From the NCBI RefSeq assembly GCF_964355755.1, contig NC_092671.1:124001-188000 (forward strand): DNA of 64,000 nt, in the 5' to 3' direction. Origin of the DNA: Antedon mediterranea (lineage: Eukaryota > Animalia > Echinodermata). The translations under genes and the position numbers were made by a program. Positions 27,743 to 41,765 of this stretch are shown one piece after another (the stretch's first letter is position 1; every line of letters begins with the position of its first letter). The notes beneath the pieces were generated by a model, which did not search any database, was not told the DNA's origin, and was given only the letters and a program-made list of their open reading frames with translations.

Positions 27743-29037
27743 CACTGTAAAAAATTCGAATTTTACACCATATTTTCGTGTAAAATAGTAAACTCTCCTT
27801 TTCCTTCAATTTTCGTGTAAGTTTTTAGGATTGTGAGTACCCCACAGTGGGAAACTATAATGTTTCCTTCTTTTGAAGTAATCTAATAAAGTTACACATT
27901 CGGCATGGGTAAAGTCCGACGGTTACACTACGAAAGGGGTAAACTTTCCCCGGAAAAGTTTCCCCCAATTGCGCGTGAATTTTATTACCCTGGATTCACA
28001 AGTAAGTGCGGAGGAAAGCATGCGATATGACGACTGTCGCGTGGAACAAGTCCATATTTTTAATAATAATTTTTATTTTGCATATAAGACCTATTTTTGT
28101 ATCAGAAAAACCTACTGTTTAATATACAGCCGAAGTAGATGTTATCAGTCATGGAATAAAAGATGAAAAAATAAGGTAAGCTTAAAAGTAGGCCCTAGGC
28201 CTAGGGCCTAGTTAAGTTTAGCCTAACTGGTGGGCTCACTGCTCTGTATGCGTCCAGTGCACGAGGGTACTATGAAGTGTAATCAACCTCGCCTAGAGGC
28301 TTGGTCTAGGCCTGATGACTTTTACATTGCTTAGCCTAGATTTCCGTATGAATACATTGTTTTTATAGTTATTTATTATTATTGTATGCCTAAATGTAGC
28401 CGACATGATCTAGCTCCGTTAGGTTGCTTTATCTTTGATTTAAATTGTATCTTGCAGGTGACGGTTTAAGTAATTTAATTGAAGAATGTTTAAACAAATG
28501 TCCAGCTCATTTTACTGCAGACCACGTTAATTTCTGTGTTTTTTTATGCAAGTAGGCCTAATACATTTTCATTAAAAATAAAAGATTTTAAAATAATATT
28601 TTAGAATAGAATAGTACAGGGTAGGCCATATTTAATAAACATTTTTGTTAGTTTGAATCCATTTTGTACCTCTGTAAATTTATGTTTAATTTTGATCAAT
28701 AACAAATCATGTGATTTCTTAAATATATTTTTCTATTTTGTTTCTGTTTTTTAGGAAAACCAACTTAAACCGACATTTTGATGTAACCAGGTTACCCAAA
28801 ATAGTTAGTTGCTACTTTGCTGCCACCAAAAATTGGTGTAAAAAACATTTCATTAAAAGTTGGGTATTGTAACCTGAAATACCCGGGTAAACTTAGTTTT
28901 CCCTGGCCAAGGAAAAATCCACTTTCCCAATTTTGGGTAACGTTTCTCAAGGGGGGAAATCAGAGTTTACTTCACTAATTGGTGGCAGCCTGGTAGCACC
29001 CACTTTTAGGGGAAAACTAAGCATGTATTTTTTAAGA
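27743..29037. mobile_element. CACT-terminus (EnSpm/CMC-like) non-autonomous element, right end eroded
   Basis: Left end CACTGTAAAAAA; right end TTTTTTAAGA lacks the final GTG; repetitive subterminal motifs. Confidence 0.4.
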
Positions 29038-29089
29038 AAAGATCGATGCTTGCACATAATTTAGACATTTTTGTAAAATATATAACATT

Positions 29090-31635
29090 TTCTACATTAG
29101 CTGGCGATAGTAACTACATAAGCACTGGGAGGCAATTTTCGTTACTACATAAGCTGTTGACCGTTTCTACATAGCTGGTGTTGATTTTTATTTAATGCAT
29201 GAGCTGTTGGTGTTTCTACATAAGCTGGAGGTTTTACTACATAAGCGATCGATTGTTCTACATTAACGGTTGTTTCGACATTAGCTGCCGTTTTCTACAT
29301 TAACGGTTGTTTCGACATTAGCTGCCGTTTTCTACATTAACGGTTGTTTCGACATTAGCTGCCGTTTTCTACATTAACGGTTGTTTCTACATTAGCTGGT
29401 GTTGATTTTTATTTAATACATGAGCTGTTGGTGTTTCTACATAAGCTGGAGGTTTTACTACATAAGCGATCGATTGTTCTACATTAACGGTTGTTTCGAC
29501 ATTAGCTGCCGTTTTCTACATTAACGGTTGTTTCGACATTAGCTGCCGTTTTCTACATTAACGGTTGTTTCGACATTAGCTGCCGTTTTCTACATTAACG
29601 GTTGTTTCGACATTAGCTGCCGTTTTCTACATTAACGGTTGTTTCGACATTAGCTGCCGTTTTCTACATTAACGGTTGTTTCGACATTAGCTGCCGTTTT
29701 CTACATTAACGGTTGTTTCGACATTAGCTGCCGTTTTCTACATTAACGGTTGTTTCGACATTAGCTGCCGTTTTCTACATTAACGATTGTTTCGACATTA
29801 GCTGCCGTTTTTACATTAACGGTTGTTTCGACATTAGCTGCCGTTTTCTACATTAACGGTTGTTTCGACATTAGCTGCCGTTTTCTACATTAACGGTTGT
29901 TTCGACATTAGCTGCCGTTTTCTACATTAACGATTGTTTCGACATTAGCTGCCGTTTTCTACATTAACGGTTGTTTCGACATTAGCTGCCGTTTTCTACA
30001 TTAACGGTTGTTTCGACATTAGCTGCCGTTTTCTACATTAACGGTTGTTTCGACATTAGCTGCCGTTTTCTACATTAACGGTTGTTTCGACATTAGCTGC
30101 CGTTTTCTACATTAACGGTTGTTTCGACATTAGCTGCCGTTTTCTACATTAACGGTTGTTTCGACATTAGCTGCCGTTTTCTACATTAACGGTTGTTTCG
30201 ACATTAGCTGCCGTTTTCTACATTAACGGTTGTTTCGACATTAGCTGCCGTTTTCTACATTAACGGTTGTTTCGACATAAGCTGGCGTTTTCTACATTAA
30301 CGGTTGTTTCGACATTAGCTGCCGTTTTCTACATTAACGGTTGTTTCGACATTAGCTGCCGTTTTCTACATTAACGGTTGTTTCGACATTAGCTGCCGTT
30401 TTCTACATTAACGGTTGTTTCGACATTAGCTGCCGTTTTCTACATTAACGGTTGTTTCGACATTAGCTGGCGTTTTCTACATTAACGGTTGTTTCGACAT
30501 TAGCTGCCGTTTTCTACATTAACGGTTGTTTCGACATTAGCTGCCGTTTTCTACATTAACGGTTGTTTCGACATTAGCTGCCGTTTTCTACATTAACGGT
30601 TGTTTCGACATTAGCTGCCGTTTTCTACATTAACGGTTGTTTCGACATTAGCTGCCGTTTTCTACATTAACGGTTGTTTCGACATTAGCTGGCGTTTTCT
30701 ACATTAACGGTTGTTTCGACATTAGCTGCCGTTTTCTACATTAACGGTTGTTTCGACATTAGCTGCCGTTTTCTACATTAACGGTTGTTTCGACATTAGC
30801 TGCCGTTTTCTACATTAACGGTTGTTTCGACATTAGCTGGCGTTTTCTACATTAACGGTTGTTTCGACATTAGCTGGCGTTTTCTACATTAACGGTTGTT
30901 TCGACATTAGCTGCCGTTTTCTACATTAACGGTTGTTTCGACATAAGCTGGCGTTTTCTACATTAACGGTTGTTTCGACATTAGCTGCCGTTTTCTACAT
31001 TAACGGTTGTTTCGACATTAGCTGCCGTTTTCTACATTAACGGTTGTTTCGACATTAGCTGCCGTTTTCTACATTAACGGTTGTTTCTACATTAGCTGCC
31101 GTTTTCTACATTAACGGTTGTTTCGACATTAGCTGCCGTTTTCTACATTAACGGTTGTTTCGACATTAGCTGCCGTTTTCTACATTAACGGTTGTTTCGA
31201 CATTAGCTGCCGTTTTCTACATTAACGGTTGTTTCGACATTAGCTGCCGTTTTCTACATTAACGGTTGTTTCGACATTAGCTGCCGTTTTCTACATTAAC
31301 GGTTGTTTCGACATTAGCTGCCGTTTTCTACATTAACGGTTGTTTCGACATTAGCTGCCGTTTTCTACATTAACGGTTGTTTCGACATTAGCTGGCGTTT
31401 TCTACAATAACGGTTGTTTCGACATTAGCTGCCGTTTTCTACATTAACGGTTGTTTCGACATTAGCTGCCGTTTTCTACATTAACGGTTGTTTCGACATT
31501 AGCTGCCGTTTTCTACATTAACGGTTGTTTCGACATTAGCTGCCGTTTTCTACATTAACGGTTGTTTCGACATTAGCTGCCGTTTTCTACATTAACGGTT
31601 GTTTCGACATTAGCTGGCGTTTTCTACATTAAAGG
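29090..31635 (+). repeat. 37-bp minisatellite (TTAGCTGCCGTTTTCTACATTAACGGTTGTTTCGACA), roughly 60 copies
   Basis: Highly homogeneous units, each a dimer of 18/19-bp subunits sharing TTTC(T/G)ACATTA(A/G)C; more diverged subunits and a ~230-bp duplication at the left edge. Confidence 0.97.
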
Positions 31636-34600
31636 TTGTAACAGTTGTTAAAACAGAATGATCAAACTTAAATTCAAGATAATTTACAAAAAGAATGTAA
31701 TTCAATCTATTTGTGTAAACTATATTTTGATTGATTGACATATTACTTTATCCTGCTACTTGTTTTTGTCAACAATATCCATCTGATGGAATTGAATTTT
31801 CCTCATACATTTTTTTTAAGATACTCAAAAGACTTTTTTGGCCTTTATTTAATTTTACATGTTTATTTAGCGTACATTGCACATGCATATATTTACTTAC
31901 TATGAATAACGTAATATATTTCGGAGACTCAGGCCAAAGCCTCTTTTCTTGGTCTCCACATTTAACACAACTTGTCTAGATGCCAATTCTTATAAAGTAC
32001 TCTTTTTATTCTACGTATTATGTGAAACAATAAATGAACCGAAATGAATTACACAAAACTCAATTCATATGAGAATGTATCAACTAAACAGTTCGAATGT
32101 ATGCAATAAAAATAATTATGAGAGTTTGTGCATTTGGAATTTACGATGCCAGGTTTCAACGACACTATTAAAACGCACTTCTTGACTTCTTTACTATTCA
32201 TAATTATTGTAACCGATTTACCAATAATCTATAATGTATGTGTTTTACGTTGAGCATTGCAGTAATACTTTAGCTGGTGACTGGTATGAAAGTGTTGCTA
32301 TTGAAATAGATGAGGGAGTTTGATGAATTGGATGAAAGAGACAACGGAGACATAGTTTATTGTAACAAACGAAGTAATGAAAGGACCATACATCATGTAG
32401 GTATACTTTATTACAAAAAAAGAATTGTTGATGTATTACCTTTTTCACTTCATTACCTTGTTGTGTAAGTAATGAAGTACATTTTTAATGATTCCATCTA
32501 TCAACAATGTTTATTTAATTTATAATTGTTTCAATTATATATTACTATAGTAAAATAAATTGATGATTAAGATGACAATTCTAGTTCCTATGAAATATTA
32601 GTACAGTATTCATATCAAATTGATATACTGTATAACAAAAGGTCCTACAAACGTATTCTGGTGGTCTTCCAAGAACTTTTTTTCAGGTGCGAAATAATAC
32701 ACAAATCAATCATACATATAGGCATATAGTTATTCTACTTGGTAAACGAAACATTAATTTGCTTAAGTGTCAACCACGTAATAAAATGTACGTCCGCCTG
32801 AAATATCCACATTAAATAAGATGATTTTGGATTGAAAATATGAAATTAAATGTAGAGATGAGAGACATTTCATTAACAGGAATGCGAGCTGTCAAACTGT
32901 CTACACTCATAATGTATTATGTAAAATGAACACAATTATACAGTTTATTCGGTGTAATAAAGTAGGTTGATGGTATTATAATATACAAAAAAGTTAGTTT
33001 TAGTTGACATTTTCAGCTGGTTAGATATCAACCAGGTACCGTAAATAACCCATTATTCTTTAAATAATCGTTATTATTTTACATATTTAAGATAATCTAG
33101 AAGCGTCGATGACTTCATCCGATAGGAACCTGTTTTGCTGACTTCATAATATCAGGAAAGAATGACCGGATAATACACTCCTCAAAATGTTCGATTTCTT
33201 ATCACAATGTGCCTATAGTTTTAACATTGTTGATTGAATATAAAATCAGACTTATACAGTTTAGTATGCAAGGGTTAAAGAACTATGGACATGCTGACGT
33301 GTAGATGACGCCACCATTAGCTAATGATTAATCGGATAAGTAGAACAATTGGACAAAGTTAGCAATCACAGAAAATACTCAAATCAAACAAGACAAGTAT
33401 GTTTGCGTATAAACAGTGTACATAATGGAATTTTACAAGAAATAACGATACATGCGTTTCTTTGATAGGAACCTAATCCGGAAATATATTCCGAATCAAC
33501 TTTTTTTCCCCGTAAATTAAAGTTCGCCGAAATGTATTAGTATGTACTATAGAATTAACCTTAATTCCCCACAATGCACAATATAGAGGTGGCTATAAGC
33601 TTTGCATATGTTTACAAAATGTTGGCAATATTTCATAAAATTAAGTTATGTATTTAATTTACTGCCTGAACGTATCTCACCCTTGCGAACGTATGTTTCG
33701 GTCGATAGAAAATAGTCTATAAAATGTTGTTCCACCACCACACTGAGAGTACGACCCCATACAATGGTTACACAACAACATATCAAACAAAATATCCCAG
33801 TTCAAGTATGTTTATATCCTGTCGCAGATATTCATCGTAGTAATTTGAAATCATGTTCCTTGATCTTAGAGACCTGATCCATTTCATGAACACAAATGCA
33901 TCAATCATTCGACTCATATCTGTCTCAGACAGATGTTAAATCTGAAGATATACATGACAGTGTATGGAATGACACGTTATTTAGGTCGTTACACAATTAA
34001 CATTATTTAAACAAGTTATAATATTAAAGTTCAAGTTCAGTGGGTATACCGTCATTTTATGCACAAATTGTCTTGGGAGTTTTAATTTAAATTAATAATC
34101 CATATGAGATGCTTCATCATTTCAAAGTCTTAAAACATTCATTACCGTATTGTAAACGAGGTCAACATTCTGTAAACTATTTTTTAAACCATTAAAATAA
34201 GTTTTAGAAATATTGATGACAACACCATGAAAACTAGCATTATTACCATGAACTTTTGAGTAATGTTACTCCGGGTAAAGGATAACAATATAATGAGCGC
34301 TTCTTCCCTGTAACCAGCTAAATCGCCATAAGCTATAAGATCTATATTCATCAACTTTTCATTTTATCGTAATGAGTCTTGAAAACCCGAGCCATAAATA
34401 GTTCCGTTTGTTTGTGTCTCATCGCATAGTCTTCACATATATTCATTTTTACTCTCTGATTGTGGTAGTTTTAATCAAGTGAAGTACGTAAGTAAATCAG
34501 TGTATAAATTAGTATGTTATTCATTTTCAAAATTAAATCTGTTTAAAATGTGTATCACTTTCTTATCACCTAACACCATGATAGTCTCAACCACCTGGTT

Positions 34601-37509
34601 GGTGGTAGACAATACTGTACTAAATTACTCTTCCTTACACTTTGTTATTTATTCCAATGAAATTCCATTTGCGAATGAATGTTTTTTTTTTCATTGCACA
34701 TGTGATAAGCAGTGCATATCTAAATGATATTACACAGTAACAGAGGTCGTTAACGTTCAAATGGAGCTCCACTTTCTCAGCTTATATTATGTTTAAGCTT
34801 GTTTAATTGAAAGTGATTACATAACAAAAAAAAAGAAAAATATGGCAATATTTTCCAAAAACTCATTTCTAAAAAATCGGTCAGTGTTTTTAATACATTA
34901 CACCTTTTCTGTAACTCATAGGTTATTAGTTTACAATACGTCACACAAAACGCGTTAGACTTGACGACGGGCGCGTTTTAGTCACATTTAATGCAATTTG
35001 TTTAAGCCCAAGTATAGATATTAATGTCAGTATGTTTTACATAATTATTTGCACTTTACAACAGCATATTCTTAATTAACTTGCTTATTAATCCTAAGCT
35101 AGCTAGGTTTGAGTCCATATGTCTAGGCCTATGTATTTATTGGTTCGCCAGCTGCGGCAGCAGTGATCGTGAACATTTAACGTAATCATACTCCCCAACA
35201 TAATAAAAAGACCCAGTTGCAACCCAACGGGGAATAGTGTCTATTTACGCGAGATTGCACAATGTATATTTAAGATCTGGAGAAAGTACATACAAAACAT
35301 TTTGCCGTTTGAAAAATCCATGGTACGTAGGTGTCTTGAGTTTTTTAGGCAAAAGATTATTTTCACTGTTTCTACCTAACATCAAATAAACATAACTTAT
35401 ATAGGCCGAAATGAAAACCAAATGATTTTCTCTTTGATGATCATAAAAGTAATATATTCTATGTTTAGCTTATACAGATTCAAATCCTTATCCTTAATAC
35501 ATGTTTTCAATGTGAACATAAGTGCTGTTTTTCACAGGTATGTATTGTTGTTGACGTATCTTCTTTATTGTCATAATTTGAATTTGACATAATATAGCTT
35601 TCTAGAAGTTGAATTAACTTACTGTATTTAAGCTGCCTTGCTTCCAACTGACTGCTGAGAAACTTATATTTAAAAACAGTCGCAAAAAATCACCCGATTC
35701 TCGTAAAGTATCATTACTAGCTATAATTAAAACTCTATTTTAACCTAATATTGATAACAAGATAAATATTTGGCACACATGGCGTTTCATAGACCTACGT
35801 ATGATACTGGAAACATATTTTCCAGACAAAAATCGAATGTCGACTGCAGACGGACTAAAGGAAAGAAATATTTCTTGCTCGACTTTTTGACGTAGCAGTT
35901 TTAATTATTTTTTTTTTATTATTTTATTCAGTAACAGAGATGAAACCGCCACTAACAGGTTGAATTAGTTCTTCATGCAATGATCGCTTTATTTTTATTT
36001 ATATTATATTTAATAATTTAAGAAATAATGATTTATTATCACTTATTTTAGTTTAACAATAGTACCGTAAACTAGATGCTCTATTTAATTATAAAGTATG
36101 AGCCTATATGTATAGTATGCATAACTGTTTTGAGGATGTATATTATGATTGGATTCAGTTTTAATTCTGTAGTTGATTTAGCTTATCAATCAAAGAAGTA
36201 AATTCGCAATCAAACGATCAACCTATATTTCAAAACAAATTCCATGGGCCTACTATGTACAGAACAAAACTATAATCTTAAACTAAACTATAGTACTGTG
36301 CATATTCAGTAGGGGCGTTACATACCCTAACCCAAAACATTCGGCGTATAGCCGCCAAACAATTCTTCATCTATACACACCATTCGTTCAAACTATAATT
36401 ACAATAGAAGAGGAATTTGTGTTTCACATACGAATATATGCATATAACCAACCTTATATGACACAGGCACCACATGTGACACAAATAAGATGCTGTATTA
36501 CCAAATATTCTTATGACACTGGTCCAATTGTAGGCCTACCGTACTAGTGAAAATATAGCACATAATAATACAAATAAAAGAAGATTTAAGAAAAGATTTA
36601 ATTTTCAAATAATAATAACATTTACAGTATCTTCAAAACACTCTTTCTTAAATATGTCTCTGTACTGTGGATATTTCTTCTTTCTTCTGTTACATATTCC
36701 AATGGCCGTTGTATTGTTCAAATTCTACAATGAATTGAAGACATTAAAAAATAATATAAAAACGTCTACAGAATATATATTAAATCAAATAGTGTGTTTA
36801 AATTCTATTAAAACGTCTAATAATATTATTACCAAGCCACAGGTTTATTAATTTCCATTGTATTATTTATTGTACACTAGTGCATGGATATCAAATAATT
36901 GTATCATGTATTATGATTGGTTGAAACATTGTGACATCACTTTAAACGTATCCCTCTTTCTCATGATTTAGCTTAAAGAAACTGTACTGACTGCACCTAC
37001 CGGTTTCAAATACGATTTAAACGACTGTAAACTTTCTTTTCGCAGATAATTCTGTAAGGTCTCCGCCGTGTGCATACAAGCATTTGAGGGATTGAATGTT
37101 TCAGGTGTTTACCAGTAACAGTATAATCAAACAAAGAGGAATTATTCAACCAGGATGAAAAATTACCTGTCGATGAGTTAATAGATTCGTTTGAAGAATA
37201 CTTTCTCGTCTACCAAGCGTTTATGAAAAATAACGATTAACGTTGTACAAGCAAGCTTGTGCATACATTATTATTTAAATTGCTCTATGGGTGCATACAT
37301 TGGATGTGTCGGAAAATCAGATAACGGTTTATAATCATAGCCTAATGTGGGAAAGTTACCAGCTTGTCTTGTTTGCATACATCGCTACATACAACAAAAT
37401 GATTTAGATGATTTGACAGTCGGTTTGTAGACCAGAATACCGTGTTTCATGATTTTCTATTTATATGATCGTCTGCACCTTAACTTGGACTTTAAACAGG
37501 ATTTGAAAA

Positions 37510-38188
37510 ATGAAAATGGAATGTAAAGTGATTTTTATTGTGTGCTCGTTAATGTTGTGCTCAGTCAAAGGAGATACTTACGTTAATACGAATATCTTTG
37601 CGATACTACCAGCAGAAAACAATGGCTCTACGTTGTCGATTGGAAATGCTAGACCAGCTGGTGATTTTGCTTTAGCAAGAGTAAATCAAGAATTCTTTTC
37701 TTACGGAATTAATATATCGATGGAATATAAGGAAACAAGTTGTGCTTTCGGGGAATCTACAGTGATCTTTACGGAAATACTCGAATATCGATGGGACCTA
37801 GGTGATTCCAGTTCTGCTGGGTACACTATTATATTGCCTATGTGTACCAAAGAAAATGAGCATGCAGCGGCTTTGTCTCAATTCTGGAATGTACCTGTCA
37901 TAATGGAAACAGAATACACAAACCCGACTGTAACGCATGCAATGAGTTGGTCTTCTAATATTTACAAAGGTGTTCACTCTATTCTGAAACATTTCAAGTA
38001 TCAACACATTTTTATGGTTATTCATAATGCCCAGGGTGCAACGGCAGAGCGACTTTTGTACTTGTTATGTGTCGATTATAAACCTACTTTTGATTGCCAT
38101 TTTAGCGTTATAGGAGAGGGTGAGGAAGGTACACTCGCTGATAAGTATCTGAAGCAAAGTTTAGAAGAAATCCAAAGGACGGCACGTG
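37510..38188 (+). CDS. First coding exon A of a natriuretic-peptide-receptor / receptor guanylyl cyclase-like protein (signal peptide + N-terminal ANF-receptor ligand-binding domain)
   Basis: 226 open codons; hydrophobic leader MKMECKVIFIVCSLMLCSVKG; family-like motifs FAILP, RPAGDFALARVN, YKETSC, ILPMC, LSQFWNVPVI, ILKHFKYQHIFMV, LEEIQRTAR; donor CGTG|GTAAGT after 38188 (phase 1). Confidence 0.85.
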
Positions 38189-39763
38189 GTAAGTTTGTTT
38201 TTTTTAAATTATTATAACAACAATTGTAATGTTAATCATAGTACATCAGTCATAAATAATTCCCGCAGATGTAGTTTACTTTCAGTGGGTGCGGGTTTTA
38301 AATGAGTATAGTAATCCAACAACAATTTTAAAATGACCAGAAATATATTTGTAATTGATGTACTATAGTTTTTTGTAGGGGGTGTTTTGTACTGTGTCAA
38401 TTTCGGAAGACACGTCTAAAAATTAGTCATTGTACAGCGTGTTAAATGCGAATCATACTCGTATGCTATGCGATAATAAACCATCCAACCAATATCAACA
38501 GAATTCATTCGAGAAAACTCTACACAGAAAAATTCTTATTTTAAGAAAAAAATAGTTTTGAAACAAGTAAAATTTGACTTGTCCGTACATATCATTATTG
38601 ATTGCCTTTGCTACCTTTTAGCCTAACTTTTTCATTAGGCCAATTTAAAACCTAATATTCAATTCAGTTCAATTCAATTTCTTTATTGCTTCAAATTCCA
38701 TCAAGGGCTAAAATCCGCTTAAACATTACATCATACAAACATATACGTATTTACATAAATATAGTATAGTTATTTAAAACTCATCGCTCAACGATTTTTA
38801 GAAAAACATTGCATTGTAATGTTACTGATTGTTTGGTATTTCCTTTAATCATTGTATGATTTCTGTAAACCACTAACACTAGTAGAAATGTTGTACATAC
38901 TTGACGATAACATGCCCTTTCATTCTTACAGTTTCTCCGATTGTCCGCCTATAGTCTCTATGCAAACAGGTTAGCCTACATTTAATTAATCTGTTCCATT
39001 ACCTATCCGATATGTAGTAGTTTATGTTAATTTAACCCACAAATCCGTGTTTGTTAATGGGAAGGCCGGGAAATAGGTCACTATGCCAAAACAATAAGGT
39101 GATTTGAATTTCAATTAATTTGCCTTTAGTGGGTTGAAATGACTCAAGTCAATTGTTAGTTTGTTTGCCATTTTGTCATTTTACGTTAGTTATTTGAAGA
39201 GCAAGAGAATGAGTGATCTCAAAGTGAGAAGAAGAAAATTACAAACATGAGTAAAAACGCTGGTCTGATTGTTAATAGGCATGTATCTGTTCTGGCTGTG
39301 TTGATGCTGGCGGCATTCAATTGATTGTGATAATAATGAAGCAGTGCATATCTTTCAGTTGTTGATTTTCAATTAAGGTTACTTGCCTTGCTAACCGTCC
39401 TAATTTTGTCGTCATTGCTTTTTTGTGAGAGAAATCAATTCGAATAAACTGTGAAATAGTTGTGTAGTAAAAAGAGCTATGGTATGGTTATACTGATCGC
39501 TGGGAACCCTTGGGTTGGGTTTTCTGATGCAATGAGCCTTCCAATTTCTTTATGTAGGTTTTGTACAGAATTCGTGTGTAATGGTGGCACCAGTCTTTTT
39601 TATCTTCCTCCTCAGATGTCATGATTTCACTGTCAAGTTCTATCTATTTATTAACTCCCGGTGGATTTTGATTTCTAAGGAACCTGTTATATGCTGTTGA
39701 TATCTTGTTGCGGTATGTATAGGGCCTGCATTTTAGTCTATTTCTAATGTCAAGTCCATTTAA

Positions 39764-40080
39764 AGCCCCATTACCTACGTTTGTAAAAATAATGCATATA
39801 TTACATTAAACCAGGTCATTCCTTGTTTTAAATGTACGTTTTATGGTAACTTTTGATAACAGGAGAGAAACAATGCACTACCTAAGTAGCTCGCATCAAA
39901 TGTCCTCTCGTGGACTGTCTTTAGGCGTAGCCTAACAATAGGTTTAGTTTTGTAGGACTATAAGTATAGCTGGTAAACATCAGTATCGTACGAACACCAC
40001 CTTGATCAAAACCTACTACTTGTTCCTAGAATTAACGGTTTAATCGGTTTAGTTGATTCTGGCGCTATACAAATACCTAA

Positions 40081-40120
<40 letters not shown>

Positions 40121-40415
40121 GATATGCTTAGCCTGAGGTTGTCTAGTTTCTGTATTTCTGTTTTTGTCAGAATACGTTATTACAAATTGGGGAAACCCCT
40201 GTATTTCATCTGAAAAGTTACGATTCTTTTGGCCTTCACGATCGATCGTGGTGAATCACAGAAAAAAAACGAAAATTAACCCGAGCCCAATGCATGCTGG
40301 GATTTATAGAGGGCCGTTTAAATTAGAGTCGTCACATTGTTAATCGTTTAAAACAGTTTTGCCATAGGACCACATAGTATTTTTACATTAAATGTAGTTT
40401 TTCACCTTAAATTAG
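39764..40415 (-). mobile_element. Diverged Kolobok-like copy related to 25478-26680, with an (ATT)n-tailed retroposon fragment inside
   Basis: Reverse-complement similarity to 26098-26630; TTAA-AGCCCCATTACCTACG terminus; GCGCTATACAAATACCTAA(ATT)n at 40062-40120. Confidence 0.7.
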
Positions 40416-40871
40416 ACATAAGTTGGTATTTTTTAAATGGTATTTAATTGTGTCCGCCATTCAATGGTTTCTGTCTTTTTATAATTGATCTATCATGAAC
40501 AAATTTTCTAAAAAGTATTGGTTTCGTTGTACGATTAAATAATAGACCTACCATACATACCTATTTTAAATATAGACCCTGTCTACATTTGTAGAATTTT
40601 ACCAAAATAATAAACAGTTACAAAATGTTATTATAGATTAAAATACATTAGAGTATACTCGTTATTGAAGTATCAATCTATATTAATGTAACTTACTACG
40701 ACATACAGGTTTTTCTAACATTGAATAAAACACATATAAATGTACGCAAATAAGACGTGAGTGCGTTTTATCAAGGTTACTTTTATGCTCACCCCTGAAA
40801 ATAACATATACATTGTAGATTCTTAAACTTCCAGTATTCCAAAAACAATTTGATAACCTGAACCATGAATA

Positions 40872-41765
40872 ACATCCTTTAGTGACTATGACAATATAAT
40901 GTGTACGTGTGTATCCCAAGATCCTTTAGTGACTATGACAATATAATGTGTATCGTTTGTTGCCCCAACATCTCTTAATGACTATGACAATATAATGTGT
41001 ACGTTTGTCCCCCAACAACCTTTAGTGACTATAGCAAAATAATGTGTACGTTTGTCGCTCCAACATCTCTTAGTGACTATGACAATATAAAAATCCTTTA
41101 GTGACTTTGACAATATGTACGTTTGTCCCTCAACATCCTTTAGTGACTAGCATGACAATTATAAAGTGTGCGTTTGAACCACCCCCCCCCCCCCTCTCCA
41201 ACATCTCTTAGTGACTATGACAATATAATGTGTACGTTTGTCCCCCAACATCCTTTCAGTGACTATAGCAATATAATGTGTACGTTTGTCGCTCCAACAT
41301 CTCTTAGTGACTATGACAATATAAAAATCCTTTAGTGACTTTGACAATATGTACGTTTGTCCCCCAACATCCTTTAGTGACTATGACAATATAATGAGTA
41401 CGTTTGTCCCCACAACAACCTTCAGTGACTATGACAATATAGTATGTACTTTTGTCCCCACGTACATATTGTCATAGTCACTAAGGAATGTTGGGGGACC
41501 CAAGTACATATTGTCATAGTCACAAAGGATGATGGGGGACAAACGTACACATTATATTGTCATAGTCACTAAAGGATGTATGGGGGACACACGTACACAT
41601 TATATTGTCATAGTAACTAAAGGATGTATGGGGGACACACGTACACATTATGTTGTCATAGTAACTAAAGGATGTATGTGGGACACACGTACACATTATA
41701 TTGTCATAGTGATAAAGGATGTAGGGGATGGGGAAGACCATGACAATATAATGTCTACGTTTGTA
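40872..41765. repeat. 47-51 bp minisatellite (TTAGTGACTATGACAATATAATGTGTACGTTTGTCCCCCAACATCCT) with an internal orientation switch
   Basis: Forward units 40872-41460, reverse-complement units 41462-41730, short forward remnant at 41739-41765. Confidence 0.92.

Larger units (their letters stand above)
27509..31643. mobile_element. Ginger-like (TGT...ACA) non-autonomous element with tandem subterminal repeats
   Basis: Left end TGTTACAATCGTTAATGTAGAAAACGCCAGCTAATGTC is the reverse complement of the right end GACATTAGCTGGCGTTTTCTACATTAAAGGTTGTAACA. No matching TSD seen; superfamily is inferred. Confidence 0.6.

Noticed and set aside
32245-32460. Coding-like stretch, with similar ones at ~1820-2010 and ~14880-14960
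   Set aside because: At best heavily decayed RTE-type LINE fragments; too degenerate to annotate and not ANF-receptor-like.
38189-38217. ORF-track C-termini of the two receptor ORFs (GKFVFFKLL; SKFDLSF.. to 62307) as short secreted proteins
   Set aside because: Both are read-through past a canonical GTAAGT donor at the conserved family exon boundary.
38932-38969. Acceptor/donor-flanked segment as exon 2 for exon A (also an acceptor-like site at 39358)
   Set aside because: In-frame TAG in phase 1 for the first; no receptor similarity for either; the region looks like an old minus-strand LINE.
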